Shown piece after piece: positions 1 through 9,533 of a DNA stretch of 64,000 nucleotides. The position numbers and the translations under genes are program-made. Positions within the stretch are counted from its first letter, which is position 1. Each line of letters begins with the position of its first letter. The DNA is from an uncultured Pseudomonadales bacterium (lineage in GTDB: Bacteria > Patescibacteriota > Microgenomatia > UBA1400 > MFAQ01), in NCBI GenBank assembly GCA_964487665.1, contig CAZARR010000003.1:6998-70997 (forward strand), read 5' to 3'. The notes under the pieces are model-generated. The model saw only the letters and a list, made by a program, of their open reading frames with translations. It made no database searches and was not told the origin of the DNA.

Positions 1-79
1 AAGCGAGGTAAGAAGTAATAATAATGATCCAGCGGCTATTTTAGAAGTTACCAAAAGTGGTCGGGCAGGCATTGTTTTA

Positions 80-1390
80 TTAGTTTAAACGAAAATCTAC
101 CCTCTCCATGTCTCGGGGAAATAGTGACGCCTGGCGAACGTTGTCTAAACCCAGAAGAAGCATGGTTAGTCTCTCGAGGCCAAAGGAGAAACCTCCCTCG
201 GGAGGCATTCCATACTTAAAAGCAGAAAGGTACATAGAAAAGTTTTCTGGATTCATACCTTTGTTTTTAATAGCAGTTACCAACTGGTCATAGTTTGAAA
301 TACGCATCGCTCCGCTAGTGATTTCTACACCACGGAAGAGGAGGTCGAAACTAAGACAGAATTCTGGATTGGTGGGGTCCGGAAGGCTGTAGAAGGCTCT
401 TTTTTGGGTGGGATAATGGGTAATTGTAACTATGTCACAGCCATGTTCCTCTCGGGCATAACGACAAATTTCACGTTCGTCCTCGGGCATTAAGTCCGGC
501 TCCTGGGTATGATCCACGCCAGTGCGTGTTTTGATAATTTCTTGAGCTTGTCGCATGGTCAGGCGAGGAATAGATTTTTCTAGTAACAAATCGGTCTGAC
601 CAAGTGAATTAAAAATATCAAGGTGAGACTTTCGGGTAAGTTCGAGAATATTACGCCCGACAAATTCTACAGCGTCAAGCAGTTCGTTGAAATCGACAAA
701 CCCTAGCTCGCAGTCGAGTTGGGTTGATTCGGACAGGTGTCGGGTGGTGACTGATGGTTCTGCACGGTAGATTTTGGCAACAACAGACACACGCTCAAAG
801 ACAGGTACCAACATTTGTTTGTATAACTGGGGGCTTTGCGTAAGAAAAGCTGGGCGGCCATAGTAATCGATCTTGAATACTTCTGCTCCCCCTTCGGTTG
901 ATGACGCAGAAATGGTGGGAACGACTATCTGAACGCAGCCCAGCTCTTTTGCAGATATTAGGAAATTATTTAATATTGATTCCTGAATGAGAAATATATT
1001 GCGAGTTTGAGGGTGCCGGAGGGTAAGAGTGCGATTGTCAAGCAGTGTGGGTAGCTGTAATTGAGGAGTTGAGTCTAGATCGAAAGGCAATTCCGCGGCA
1101 GAAGCCAAGAGCTTGATCTCTTTGGCTTCGATTTCAACTGTACCTGTGAGAAGGTTGGGGTTAATAAGTTTTTCAGGGCGAGCTTTGACCTGGCCAAGGA
1201 TTTCGACCACGCTTTCGGGGTGAAGAATAAATGTTGGTTTGTTGATAACCACGACCTGAACAATACCCGATCGATCGCGAAGATCAACAAAAGTAATCTT
1301 GCCATGGTCACGAATAGAATTCACCCAACCTTTTAAAATAACTTCTTCACCTACTTTATTAACTGTTTTACTGATTAACGTTCGGTTCAT
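80..1390 (-). CDS. Class IIb aminoacyl-tRNA synthetase (aspartyl- or asparaginyl-tRNA synthetase; archaeal/eukaryal-type AspRS likely)
   Basis: N-terminal OB anticodon-binding fold (KGWVNSIRDHGKITFVDLRD), class II motif 2 YRAEPSVTTRHLSE, motif 3 GGFSFGLERL. Probable start is MNRTL at 1390, overlapping the rel stop as ATGA. Confidence 0.75.
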   Translation of the reverse strand: MNRTLISKTVNKVGEEVILKGWVNSIRDHGKITFVDLRDRSGIVQVVVINKPTFILHPESVVEILGQVKARPEKLINPNLLTGTVEIEAKEIKLLASAAELPFDLDSTPQLQLPTLLDNRTLTLRHPQTRNIFLIQESILNNFLISAKELGCVQIVVPTISASSTEGGAEVFKIDYYGRPAFLTQSPQLYKQMLVPVFERVSVVAKIYRAEPSVTTRHLSESTQLDCELGFVDFNELLDAVEFVGRNILELTRKSHLDIFNSLGQTDLLLEKSIPRLTMRQAQEIIKTRTGVDHTQEPDLMPEDEREICRYAREEHGCDIVTITHYPTQKRAFYSLPDPTNPEFCLSFDLLFRGVEITSGAMRISNYDQLVTAIKNKGMNPENFSMYLSAFKYGMPPEGGFSFGLERLTMLLLGLDNVRQASLFPRDMERVDFRLN

Positions 1391-2898
1391 ATCGCATATT
1401 GTAGACCTGCATTGGGTTTGCGGTCTAGATATTTTTTGATCCACATCCTGGCCTTGGCGGTTTTGACGAATGACAACCAGTCCCTAGAGGGAAGCCTTTT
1501 AGATTTTGAACATAAAATTTCTACCAAGTCTCCGTTTTCTAAGTGGTGTTCGAGTGAGGCAATTCGACCATTTACTTTGGCCGACTGGATGTGCAACCCG
1601 AGGTCAGAATGAATAGCGAAAGCGAAATCGACAGGGGTAGAGGCAGAGGGCAAATCGAATACGTCTCCCTTTGGAGAAAAGACATAAATCCTATTTGAAA
1701 GAACGTCTAACTTTAAGTTTGTAACTAGTTCTTTGTTGTTGGCGATTTGCTCTTGCCAACGAGCGAGCTCTTGTATCCAACTAAGTTTATTTGATATAGG
1801 AAAAGCGAGACCCTTTTCAAGTTTTTCTGAAGAAACACCCGAGGATTTGGCTTCTGAATACAAGGAGTGGGTCGCTGCTCCGTATTCAGCATGTCGGTGC
1901 ATTTCTTCGGAACGAATTTGGATTTCGAAAATTCGACCAGTGCGATAAAAAACCTTGGTGTGTATTGACTGATAACCATTGGGTTTGGGGGAGGCGATAA
2001 AATCGCTAACGCCTAAATGCGGGGCGGGTTTGTAAATTTGGTGGACTACTCCAAGCGCAGCGTAGCAATCGATAGTGTTTTTGGTGATAACTCGACAAGC
2101 GATCAGGTCGTGGACCTTGCTTATGTCTTGATCGATATTGTCCCGATTTAATTTGCAGTAGAGACTATATAAATGCTTTCTTCTACCGGTAACCTTCGCC
2201 GGGATATGGGCACGGGTAAGTTCCTTTTTGAGTTTGTGAATAATTCTAGTAGCGGTGGCGCGCGCGGCACGTAAGTGAGTTGAGGCCAAACTACTTACCC
2301 AGGCATGCTCTTTGGGATACACATAAGGGAAAGCCAGGTCTTCGAGCTCACCTTTTACTTTGCCCATACCCAGCCGTCCAGCTAGAGGGGCGTAGATTTC
2401 TAGTGTCTCGAGGGCTATTCTTTTTTGTTTATCGAGTGCTAATGCATCGAGAGTTTGCATATTATGCAGGCGATCAGCGAGACGAATAAGAATCACTCTA
2501 ATATCCTTGGCCATGGCCACAAACATTTTTCGTAGATTTTCGACATAGTAGGCTTGACCGGAGATTTTAAGTCGAACTTTGCCAACTTTGGTAACCCCAT
2601 CGACAAGAAAAGCCACTTCAGATCCGAATTTGGATTTGATGTTGTCCAAAGTGAATGAGGTGTCCTCGACCACGTCGTGAAGTAGAGCCGCTTCGATCGC
2701 GGCTTGGCCTTGATGCCAGGAAATCAAATGAGAGGCTACTGCCAGTGGGTGGGAAATGTAAGGGTCACCGGAGTCACGAAACGTACCGTCGTGGGCGTTT
2801 TGGGCAAAGCGATAAACGTCGTTGAGGCGATCGAGATCGAAGTTTCTGTTTTGAGATTTAATTAGTTTTACTAGATCGGCGTAAGTCAGTGTGGCCAT
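1387..2898 (-). CDS. rel: Bifunctional (p)ppGpp synthetase/hydrolase Rel/SpoT homolog, short form (HD + synthetase + TGS, no ACT domain)
   Basis: HD motif HDVVEDT; synthetase signature EIQIRSEEMHRHAEYGAATHSLY; TGS domain VFSPKGDVFDLPSASTPVDFAFAIHSDLG. 503 aa. Confidence 0.85.
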   Translation of the reverse strand: MATLTYADLVKLIKSQNRNFDLDRLNDVYRFAQNAHDGTFRDSGDPYISHPLAVASHLISWHQGQAAIEAALLHDVVEDTSFTLDNIKSKFGSEVAFLVDGVTKVGKVRLKISGQAYYVENLRKMFVAMAKDIRVILIRLADRLHNMQTLDALALDKQKRIALETLEIYAPLAGRLGMGKVKGELEDLAFPYVYPKEHAWVSSLASTHLRAARATATRIIHKLKKELTRAHIPAKVTGRRKHLYSLYCKLNRDNIDQDISKVHDLIACRVITKNTIDCYAALGVVHQIYKPAPHLGVSDFIASPKPNGYQSIHTKVFYRTGRIFEIQIRSEEMHRHAEYGAATHSLYSEAKSSGVSSEKLEKGLAFPISNKLSWIQELARWQEQIANNKELVTNLKLDVLSNRIYVFSPKGDVFDLPSASTPVDFAFAIHSDLGLHIQSAKVNGRIASLEHHLENGDLVEILCSKSKRLPSRDWLSFVKTAKARMWIKKYLDRKPNAGLQYAI

Positions 2899-4493
2899 AT
2901 GGTAGATATTTGCAGTTGTAATTTAGTCTTTGAGTTGAAAGTGTTTTCGCGAAGATAAAAAGAGAGAGAGACAAGGCCAGAAAGCGAAGTGGGTTGGTGT
3001 GGAGATGAGAACTGAATTGCGTCGATAGTCAAATTGTTTAATGCTAATGTAAGTTGGAGGTGGTCCCTAGACCGACCAACCAGGCGCGAAGAGATAACTC
3101 GAATGTTTTGGTAGGCGAGTTTTGGCTCGGGGAAACCTTGACCAAATGGGGCGAGCCGATAAAGAGCATCATGAATAACTTTGAGATCTTGTTCTGGGTG
3201 TAAAAGTAGGTCAACGGATTCCGAGACTACACTTGATTCAAAATCAGAAAAACTGGATGATGTCATCAAAGCAGAAGCAAATGAACGTAGTGTTTTTGTA
3301 TCGATGGTAAACCCAGCAGCAGAGGCGTGGCCACCTATCTCTTTAATTTGAGGGAAGTTTTTGAGAATTTGAGTGATATTTAACCCAGTTGGGACACGAG
3401 CAGAACCTTTTGAAAAGTTACTTTGTTTAGAAACTACAATAGCAGGACGTTGGTACTTCTCCATGAGCCTAGCGGCAACAAGACCAATAACACCCTCGTG
3501 GAGGTCACTGTCTGCAAAGAAGAGAACTGGGGGTAAATCGCTTAGGGCAGAGAACTTTTTTTCTGCGAGTGACACTCCAAGCTGGGTCAGATCGCGTCGT
3601 TTTTGATTGAGGTCTAATAATAAACGACATATTGATCTAGCCTTGGGAATGGAACTGGTACACAAAAGGCGGACGGCATCAAGGGCATTACCCAGACGAC
3701 CGACCGAGTTGATTTGAGGTCCGCAGGTGAATCCAAGGTACGAAGCGTCCAGTTTATGAATGTCGGTCAACCCGGATTGGTTAAATAGAAGCTTGAGTCC
3801 CAAGCGGGGGGATTGGCGTATTTGGTCAAGACCAGAGATCACCAGTGAGCGATTCATTTCTAGGAGTGGAATTTGGTCACAAATTGTAGCTAGAGCAACG
3901 AGATCCATTCCGAGACAGTCAGGCGAAAGGCTTTGTGCCAGGATAAATGCAAGAGTGGCTCCACAGGTAAGGGTGGAATGAATTAGGGGTGCGGGAGGGG
4001 GGATGTCGGGAAGTTGGTGGTGGTCGGTAATAACAAAGTCAACGCCGAGCCGCTGGTATTGGGAAACTACATTGAAAGAGGTTGCCCCGCAATCGACTGT
4101 GATGATCAGAGGTTTCTGATTAGGGAACATAGATAAAGCTAGATCGAGGGCGGCGGAACTGAGACCGTAACCATGATGTTGCCGATCGGGAATAAAAGGG
4201 AGTGAGTTTAGACCAATGTTGTGTAATGTTTGCCACAAAATTGATGTAGCGCAAATGCCATCAACGTCATAATCACCAAATACGATGACTGGGCGATTTG
4301 ACTTGAGACAATCGTTGATTAGCTCAAGTGCTTGGTCTAGGGCTTTTTTGTCTATTTGTAAAAAGTGACAAAGTGAGGCAAGGTCAGTTTTTTGTGGCTT
4401 TAGTCCTGCCAAATTTCGGCCACTCATAATGGTATCAACAATTTCTGTAGCAGTTTGGGGGTGGGTTTGTTGGGTAACTACCTGCCAATTCAT
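2886..4493 (-). CDS. recJ: Single-stranded-DNA-specific exonuclease RecJ (DHH/DHHA1)
   Basis: DHH motifs VFGDYDVDG and ITDHH; DHHA1 GGHASAAG. Confidence 0.85.
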   Translation of the reverse strand: MNWQVVTQQTHPQTATEIVDTIMSGRNLAGLKPQKTDLASLCHFLQIDKKALDQALELINDCLKSNRPVIVFGDYDVDGICATSILWQTLHNIGLNSLPFIPDRQHHGYGLSSAALDLALSMFPNQKPLIITVDCGATSFNVVSQYQRLGVDFVITDHHQLPDIPPPAPLIHSTLTCGATLAFILAQSLSPDCLGMDLVALATICDQIPLLEMNRSLVISGLDQIRQSPRLGLKLLFNQSGLTDIHKLDASYLGFTCGPQINSVGRLGNALDAVRLLCTSSIPKARSICRLLLDLNQKRRDLTQLGVSLAEKKFSALSDLPPVLFFADSDLHEGVIGLVAARLMEKYQRPAIVVSKQSNFSKGSARVPTGLNITQILKNFPQIKEIGGHASAAGFTIDTKTLRSFASALMTSSSFSDFESSVVSESVDLLLHPEQDLKVIHDALYRLAPFGQGFPEPKLAYQNIRVISSRLVGRSRDHLQLTLALNNLTIDAIQFSSPHQPTSLSGLVSLSFYLRENTFNSKTKLQLQISTIWPH

Positions 4494-4535
4494 AGTAGAT
4501 ATTTTAGACGAGACCAGAATGCTAAGATATGGGTG

Positions 4536-5993
4536 ATGCAGAGAGACTTACTAACTGACGAAATCGACTTGATTGGAGAAGTAACTTTGGGCTTGATGGG
4601 TCGTTTTGAGGAGAGAGGTTATGAAATATATCTGGTGGGCGGGGGGGTCCGCCGGGTGTTGTCAGGGCAAAGGCCGATAAATCCTGATTTGACGACCAAT
4701 GCCACCCCACAACAAACACAAGAAGTTCTAAAAGAATTTGATACTTATTACGAAAATGATTTCGGGATGGTGGGCTTGAAACATAATGATGACATTTATG
4801 AGATAACAACTTTTCGTAGTGAGAAGGGATACTCTGATTTTCGTCGCCCAGACAAGGTTATTTGGGGTAAGTCACTTGAAGAAGATATAAAAAGACGAGA
4901 CTTTACCATGAACACAATGGTGATGGGTAGACGGGATGGAAAATACAAATTAATTGACACCCAGGGTGGACTCGATGATTTCGAAAGGGGAATTATTCGT
5001 ACCGTTGGTAACCCAAAAGAAAGATTCGGAGAGGATGCCCTAAGAATGATGCGAGCGGTGCGATTTGCCACCACGCTGTCGTTTCAGATCGAAAAAGAAA
5101 CCCTAGAGGGGATAGTTAGCCAGGCCCCAGTGATGGGGAAAATAAGCAGGGAAAGAGTACGCGATGAACTGTTTAAAATAATAAAGTCCGATTACCCAGC
5201 GGATGGGATTAGATTGTTAATCAATACCGGGTTGATGGAACACATAATTCCCGAGCTGTTGGAGGGAAAGGGGGTCGAACAGACCGGGCACCATACACTG
5301 GATGTACTAGATCATATGATTGAGTCATTGAGAAATTGCCCGGCAAGCGATCCCATCGTGAGGTTGGCGACCTTGATACACGATATCGGGAAGCCACGTA
5401 GTAAACGGTGGAAGTGCAGGTCGTGTCATGCGATGTTGAAAACTTCTGATTTAAAGACCGACAACAACTTGGTTTGTCGAGTTTGTGGAGCAATTCAAAC
5501 GACTAGACAGTCATCAACATTCTACGGCCACGAGGTAATCGGAGCAAAGATGGCTGAAAAGATTGCTGATGATTTACGTCTAACTAATAACGATAAAAAG
5601 CGGGTGGTTACATTGGTGCGGTGCCATATGTTTAATTATCAAAAGGAGATGACAGACGCCGCCATCAGGCGATTTATACGCCGGGTTGGAAAGGAAAATA
5701 TTAACGATGTTCTGCTCCTACGAATAGGTGATCGTAAAGGAGGGGGTAGCAAGACGACAAACTGGAGATTGATGGAATTACAGCGAAGAATCGGGGAGCA
5801 GCTTTTTGAGCCTTTGCAAATTCGGGATATGGCTGTGAATGGTGAAGATGTGATGAGGGTGTTGGGAATCAAACCCGGGCCTAGTGTTGGTGAGATCCTA
5901 AAAAAGTTATTTGACGAGGTGTTGGAAGATACAAGAAAAAATCAACGTGAGTTGTTGCTCGAGCGCATCAAGGAGATCGACTCAGCGAAGTGA
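4536..5993 (+). CDS. cca: CCA-adding tRNA nucleotidyltransferase / polyA polymerase-family enzyme with HD domain; contains a CxxC-x17-CxxC zinc-ribbon insertion
   Basis: Pol-beta head GGGVRRVL and RRDFTMNTM; HD domain LIHDIGKP ... FYGHEVIGAKM. Start taken at ATG 4536 (MQRDLL); the ORF-track start at 4455 is an alternative-codon extension. Confidence 0.8.
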   Translation: MQRDLLTDEIDLIGEVTLGLMGRFEERGYEIYLVGGGVRRVLSGQRPINPDLTTNATPQQTQEVLKEFDTYYENDFGMVGLKHNDDIYEITTFRSEKGYSDFRRPDKVIWGKSLEEDIKRRDFTMNTMVMGRRDGKYKLIDTQGGLDDFERGIIRTVGNPKERFGEDALRMMRAVRFATTLSFQIEKETLEGIVSQAPVMGKISRERVRDELFKIIKSDYPADGIRLLINTGLMEHIIPELLEGKGVEQTGHHTLDVLDHMIESLRNCPASDPIVRLATLIHDIGKPRSKRWKCRSCHAMLKTSDLKTDNNLVCRVCGAIQTTRQSSTFYGHEVIGAKMAEKIADDLRLTNNDKKRVVTLVRCHMFNYQKEMTDAAIRRFIRRVGKENINDVLLLRIGDRKGGGSKTTNWRLMELQRRIGEQLFEPLQIRDMAVNGEDVMRVLGIKPGPSVGEILKKLFDEVLEDTRKNQRELLLERIKEIDSAK

Positions 5994-6866
5994 TTTAAAG
6001 ACTTTGTTCCAAACGGTAATAAGAGGAACGGCAACGAAAGGTGATGAGTAGGTGCCGGAGATGGTGCCTATGAGTAGGGCAATAGCAAAACCTCGAATAC
6101 TGTCTCCGCCGAGAACAACTAAGGCAATTAACATAAAGATAATCGTGAGTGAGTTGTTGATTGACCTGGTTAGAGTCTGGCTGACAGCAAGATTGGTTAG
6201 CTCGAGGAAGTCGGGGACTTTTTGTTTGTGAGACAGTTCACGGATACGATCGTAGACGACAATGGTATCGTGAACTGAAAATGAAAGGGTGGTAAGTACC
6301 GCGGTAACGAAGAGCAAATCGGTGGTAAGTCCAAAAAAGTGCCCCAAAAGGGAAAAGGAACCGATAAGTACAATACTATCGTGAAGCATGGCTAGAACGG
6401 CACTGAGGCCATATTTAAGCTCTTTGAACACGTATGCCACATAACCGAGAATCACTAGCGAAGCAAGTAACAGTCCCATGGCGGTCTTGCGAATCGTTTC
6501 CCGACCAAGGACTGGACCGACTGTTTCGAAACTTGAGAGTTTGGCAGCTGAATCAGTTTGAGAGAGTGCGGTTTTTATGTCGTTGGCCTGTTGTTGTGTT
6601 ATGGTCTTGAGTTCCAACTTGACAAGGTTACCTTTTTGAGTCAAATCGGTGACGGGATAATCTTTGAGAAGTTCTTTGGTCTTTTCGGGAAGTAGGGTGA
6701 CGCCTTCGACTACCAGGGTGGATCCCCCAGTAAACTCGATCGACAATTTTAAACCAAAACGTATCAGCGAATAGACGCCTGGAAGGATGACTATTAGTGA
6801 AATAAGTGCATAAATTGGTCTTAGTCGCATCCAGTTGAAGGTTTGGGGTTGTATTTGTTTGGACAT
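5982..6866 (-). CDS. secF: Protein-export membrane protein SecF
   Basis: SecF-like TM topology and sequence. Start MSKQ at 6866 sits just after the secD stop (6868-6870); they do not overlap. Confidence 0.8.
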   Translation of the reverse strand: MSKQIQPQTFNWMRLRPIYALISLIVILPGVYSLIRFGLKLSIEFTGGSTLVVEGVTLLPEKTKELLKDYPVTDLTQKGNLVKLELKTITQQQANDIKTALSQTDSAAKLSSFETVGPVLGRETIRKTAMGLLLASLVILGYVAYVFKELKYGLSAVLAMLHDSIVLIGSFSLLGHFFGLTTDLLFVTAVLTTLSFSVHDTIVVYDRIRELSHKQKVPDFLELTNLAVSQTLTRSINNSLTIIFMLIALVVLGGDSIRGFAIALLIGTISGTYSSPFVAVPLITVWNKVFKSLR

Positions 6867-6867
6867 T

Positions 6868-8235
6868 TTATTTGGTTGTCTTGGGCTGGCCTTTGTAAAA
6901 GACGCGTAGTAAATTGCGGGTAACAAAAATACCAGTAAATAACGAAACAATAATACCTAGAATCAGTGTGAAGGCAAAACCCCGAACCAAACCTGAGACA
7001 TTTAGAAACTCCCAGTTGAGTGGGTTAAAAAGAATAATTCCGGTCAAAATAGTTGTGGTGTTGGCATCACGAATTGAATCCCAGGCGCGACCGAAGGCAA
7101 GCTCTAAGGCCACTTGCCAGTTTCTATCGGATCGAATTTCCTCTTTGTAGCGTTCAAAGATAAGAATGTTGCTGTCTACGGCCATACCCACAGAGAGGAT
7201 AAATCCAGCGATACCAGGCAAACTGAGGGTAACGGGAATAAGCTTGTAGAGAGCTAGGGTAATAAGTCCGTAGATGACTAACCCAGCGCTGGCAATAACT
7301 CCAAGGCGCCCGTAAAGGACGGACATAAAAATTATTACGCTGGCAAGGCCTACGCCACCAGCAACAAGGCTTTTTTGCACTGATTCGACCCCCAAACTTG
7401 GAGGTATGTTTTTTTGCCCCTCTATGTTGATGGGTACCGGAAGAGCACCCGCATCGAGTTGAACCGCCAAAGATTTGGCCTCTTTGGTGGTAAACTTGCC
7501 AGTAATTTGGGCATTGCCATCGGCTATTTCGGTTTGGACAACGGGCATCGTAATGGGGTAACCATCAAGAAGAATGGCAATTGGTTTGTTGATATTTTCT
7601 TTGGTAAGTTTTGCGAACTTGTCTTTACCCGAATCCTGAAATGAAATTGCGACAGCTGGTGACCTGTCTTCTGTTTCGAAGCTAACTGAGGCCTTTTTTA
7701 AATCCGATCCAGTTAGGTCAGTCAGACTAAAACCAACAAATGTAGCCGCATCAGATGCGGTTTTGCCTGGCTTGTATTGAGGTAGAGCAAACTGCAATTT
7801 TGCTGTTTGACCTATAAGACTTATAGCTTGGGTGGGGTCTTCTACACCAGGCAACTCAACGATAAGTCGGTAGTTTCCGCCACTATTAAGCGTTTTGATA
7901 GAAGATTCGGCAACTCCATACAAATCGACCCGACGGGAGATCACTGAGCGGACAGACTCTAGGGCGGCCTCGCGGTCTGAGTTGTTAATTTTCGACATAT
8001 CAGCGGTTAGGGTAACCTGCATCCCCCCCAATAGGTCCAGTCCCCTTTTTATATCGAAGTCGCGTCTGAGCGAAAAGTTGCCAATTTTTAGATCCAATGA
8101 TGGCCGGGAGAGATCGACCTTGATATTTTTGTTAAATATGTTGGTTGAGAAAATATAGTCTTTGGGAACATCAATTACTAGGCAAAGGGCAGTGATGAGG
8201 ATAATAAGAATGAGATTTTTTTGCTGATCTTTCAT
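6868..8235 (-). CDS. secD: Protein-export membrane protein SecD
   Basis: SecD periplasmic domain followed by C-terminal 6-TM bundle; lies immediately upstream of secF. Confidence 0.85.
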   Translation of the reverse strand: MKDQQKNLILIILITALCLVIDVPKDYIFSTNIFNKNIKVDLSRPSLDLKIGNFSLRRDFDIKRGLDLLGGMQVTLTADMSKINNSDREAALESVRSVISRRVDLYGVAESSIKTLNSGGNYRLIVELPGVEDPTQAISLIGQTAKLQFALPQYKPGKTASDAATFVGFSLTDLTGSDLKKASVSFETEDRSPAVAISFQDSGKDKFAKLTKENINKPIAILLDGYPITMPVVQTEIADGNAQITGKFTTKEAKSLAVQLDAGALPVPINIEGQKNIPPSLGVESVQKSLVAGGVGLASVIIFMSVLYGRLGVIASAGLVIYGLITLALYKLIPVTLSLPGIAGFILSVGMAVDSNILIFERYKEEIRSDRNWQVALELAFGRAWDSIRDANTTTILTGIILFNPLNWEFLNVSGLVRGFAFTLILGIIVSLFTGIFVTRNLLRVFYKGQPKTTK

Positions 8236-8967
8236 CTATGTGAGAATTGTAACCCCTGAGTCTGTAACAAAGACAGTCTCTTCGAAAAGGGCGCTCAGTG
8301 AACCGTCTGCGGTTTCGATGGTCCATCCATCGTTCGATAGTTTTAGCTGTGACCCCCCCATGGTATACATGACCTCAATAGCGAGCGCCTGACCTGGATA
8401 AATGATGTCTTTCTGGGATTTTTTATCGGGGTAACAGGGGATGTTCGGCGGCTCGTGAAGAGAGTGACCAATACCGTGGCCAGTAAGGTCATAGACAACT
8501 TGGTACTGATGGAATGAAATGGTGTTGAATATGGCTAGACTAATGTCATAAACTGTGCCACCCGGCTTGGTAGCACGGATCGCATTGTCCAGAGCAATTT
8601 GGCCGGCTTTTAGGAAATGCTCCACCTTGGGCGTGTTCGGAGGTAGCTGAAACGATATGGATGTATCAAGATGATAATTCTGATACATCAATCCTAGGTC
8701 GATAGAGACAATGTCTGAAGGCTTGAGTGCTTTTTGATCAGGAAGGCCGTGAACGATACCCGCGTTGAGATTGATACAGGTAGCATGATGGTAATGAGGA
8801 ACTGTCTTGAACGAGGCTAGACAACCGTGTTTCGCGATCAGTTGTTCAGCTAACGCGTCAATTTGGGAGAGGGTGACCCCTACTTTGGCGGTCTGACAAA
8901 GCTCATCTCTGATTTGGTGGAGGATTTGACCTCCTTTTTGCATGATGGGAAATTTGGCTGATTTCAT
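8236..8967 (-). CDS. map: Methionine aminopeptidase type I
   Basis: Metal-binding signature TGHGIGHSLHEPP and pita-bread fold motifs. Start overlaps the adk stop as ATGA. Confidence 0.9.
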   Translation of the reverse strand: MKSAKFPIMQKGGQILHQIRDELCQTAKVGVTLSQIDALAEQLIAKHGCLASFKTVPHYHHATCINLNAGIVHGLPDQKALKPSDIVSIDLGLMYQNYHLDTSISFQLPPNTPKVEHFLKAGQIALDNAIRATKPGGTVYDISLAIFNTISFHQYQVVYDLTGHGIGHSLHEPPNIPCYPDKKSQKDIIYPGQALAIEVMYTMGGSQLKLSNDGWTIETADGSLSALFEETVFVTDSGVTILT

Positions 8968-9527
8968 GAACCCAGATGGTCGAGGTTAGAGCAAATATTT
9001 TTGTGAATGGTTTCAACGTCGGGAGAGCCATCTATATCTATTACTAGGTTTTGTGCGCGGTAATAATCAATTACTGGTTTGGTATCGCGCTCAAAGGTTG
9101 TTAGGCGAATATTTATTGAGTCTAGATTGTCGTCACTTCGGCCTTCAGTCTGGGCACGGTGTAGTAGACGTCTGACGCTTTCTTCTCGTGAGAGAATAAG
9201 ATTAAGAACTTTGGTCAAAGAGATTTTGTTTTCGTGAAATATATATTCAAGGTCTTTGGCTTGTTCTAGATTTCTGGGGGTACCATCGAGGATAAACCCA
9301 TCCTGGCTTAATAAATCTAGTTCAATAAGAGACAGGACTAGGCTAAAAGGCACCAACTTCCCTTTGTTAAAAATAGAGGTAATAAGCCGACCTTGGGGCG
9401 AGTTTTCCTGGGCTTTACGGCGTAGGGCTGCACCCGTAGAAATGTGCCGAAGGTTGTAGCGGGCAGAGATAAGTTTGGCCTGAGTGCCCTTCCCGGACCC
9501 CTGTGGTCCGATAATAATTAGATTCAT
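8964..9527 (-). CDS. adk: Adenylate kinase (short LID form)
   Basis: P-loop IIIGPQGSGKGTQA; NMP-binding region; 187 aa. Confidence 0.9.
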   Translation of the reverse strand: MNLIIIGPQGSGKGTQAKLISARYNLRHISTGAALRRKAQENSPQGRLITSIFNKGKLVPFSLVLSLIELDLLSQDGFILDGTPRNLEQAKDLEYIFHENKISLTKVLNLILSREESVRRLLHRAQTEGRSDDNLDSINIRLTTFERDTKPVIDYYRAQNLVIDIDGSPDVETIHKNICSNLDHLGS

Positions 9528-9533
9528 ACAGAA

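Noticed and set aside
108-293. 61-aa plus-strand ORF at the window start.
   Set aside because: Lies entirely inside the class IIb aaRS coding region on the opposite strand. No motif support.
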